Positions 62,946 through 64,000 of a stretch of DNA of 64,000 nt are shown here, piece by piece. How positions within the stretch are numbered: position 1 is the first letter of the stretch; the number at the start of each line of letters is the position of its first letter. Both the position numbers and the translations under genes were made by a program. Origin of the DNA: Negaprion brevirostris (taxonomy: Eukaryota). The stretch covers positions 40,376,410-40,440,409 of the forward strand of contig JARDVH010000124.1 in the NCBI GenBank assembly GCA_030324005.1. The letters run 5' to 3'. Under the pieces are notes generated by a model that did no database searches, had not been told where the DNA came from, and worked only from the letters and a program-made list of their open reading frames with translations.

Positions 62946-64000
62946 GGGAGTTCGTTTTTGCTTTTCTCCAATCATAATGTAGATTTGATGGCACTCTTCT
63001 GTGTTGATGCATTGGATAAACACGTTTTGTGCTTCTGGATAAGGAGCAGAATCTGGGACATGTAAATCAGAAAGCCCATTCAAGCTGTAATTTGTGTATA
63101 ATTTGGTAGTATCAGTTACCTTGCACTGTGTGATGGAACAAAGTAATGTAGGTTTCCTGTTTTTAAGACTGAACCAAATTATGAAAAAACAAAAATTAAG
63201 GCATTGTGAATGTTTTCCAATATCATAACTGGCTTGGTTGAAATCGTTGTCTAAGCAATCCACCCAATCTAGGGTATTGTATTAGTATTTTGTTACATAA
63301 TTATACCCTATTAAGTAATAAAGCTTTCACATCTTGTACTTTAAATCTGATTCTGTCAAGCATTCTCCAGAAACAATGATTAATGATTGGAAATTATATA
63401 AAAATGCCTTAAATTACCTAAACGTTCACAGATCACAGCACATTTAAGTAGGGGCAAGGAGGAGTTGTGTGTGGAAAGCTGCAGCAGGAGACGAGATGGG
63501 GTTTGGCCTGAATTGTAACCACGTTGAATGTAGTATGGATGAGAATGATTGCCTGAGCAATAAATACTACAAAGCCAGTGAGTTGAGTTGGAAAACATTT
63601 ATTTCAGTGGATGGAGAGATGGGATGGGGATGGAGAGGGGGTGGGGGTAATGGGGGAATGCACAAGAGAAATGGTGAAAAAACATCAAATGCCCACAACA
63701 GAGATCTTGGACACAACCAGTTGACTTATATCAAAGGTACAAAATTATGCTGTTTGTTATTTCGGTAAAGCTTAGAATTTTACACATTTGCATGGTAGAG
63801 ACTGTGGATTTGAGCTGGTGGGGGGGGGGTGGTCTGATTTAGTAAAAGGCTGCATTTGCTGCCAACACTGCATGCACAATTCAGTGCACAGCTGACATCC
63901 TTATTGGGGCAATATGTGGCATGAACCAGCTTATTTAGTTTCAAGAACTATTTCCCATGCATCTCAATAAGGTGGCTATCAATACTTTACAAGATCATAT

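Noticed and set aside
49050-64000. Next EXOC6 exon (LLDLF...WDWSTYLADYG) or a nested gene
   Set aside because: Not found by eye; most simply the intron extends beyond the window, though an N-gap could hide a short exon.

Overview
Vertebrate nuclear DNA, most likely a shark or other cartilaginous fish, judging from HE1/V-SINE-like and SacSINE1/DeuSINE-like SINEs plus CR1, L2, Rex1 and Penelope-type repeats. The window lies inside a large plus-strand gene, EXOC6 (exocyst subunit Sec15A). Five consecutive coding exons (5856-5967, 10274-10408, 11206-11385, 35905-36046, 48976-49049) splice in frame with GT-AG boundaries and encode part of the C-terminal Sec15 region. The exons before and after them are not in the window. 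The rest is intron, largely decayed and often nested transposon fragments, with N-gaps mostly inside repeats. Nearly all ORF-track entries are repeat fragments or noise. Best leads: (1) an in-frame 30-nt candidate microexon at 12098-12127 with a long AG-free polypyrimidine tract, a UGC motif and a downstream GCAUG; (2) a minimal hammerhead-ribozyme fold in a Penelope-like fragment at 20929-20967, with a second, degenerate hammerhead-like repeat family; (3) a Helitron helicase fossil; (4) two probable solo LTRs inserted in LINE tails; (5) SINE tail swapping and a SINE/LINE pair; (6) candidate intronic enhancers. Repeat family names come from recalled motifs, not database searches, and repeat boundaries are approximate.
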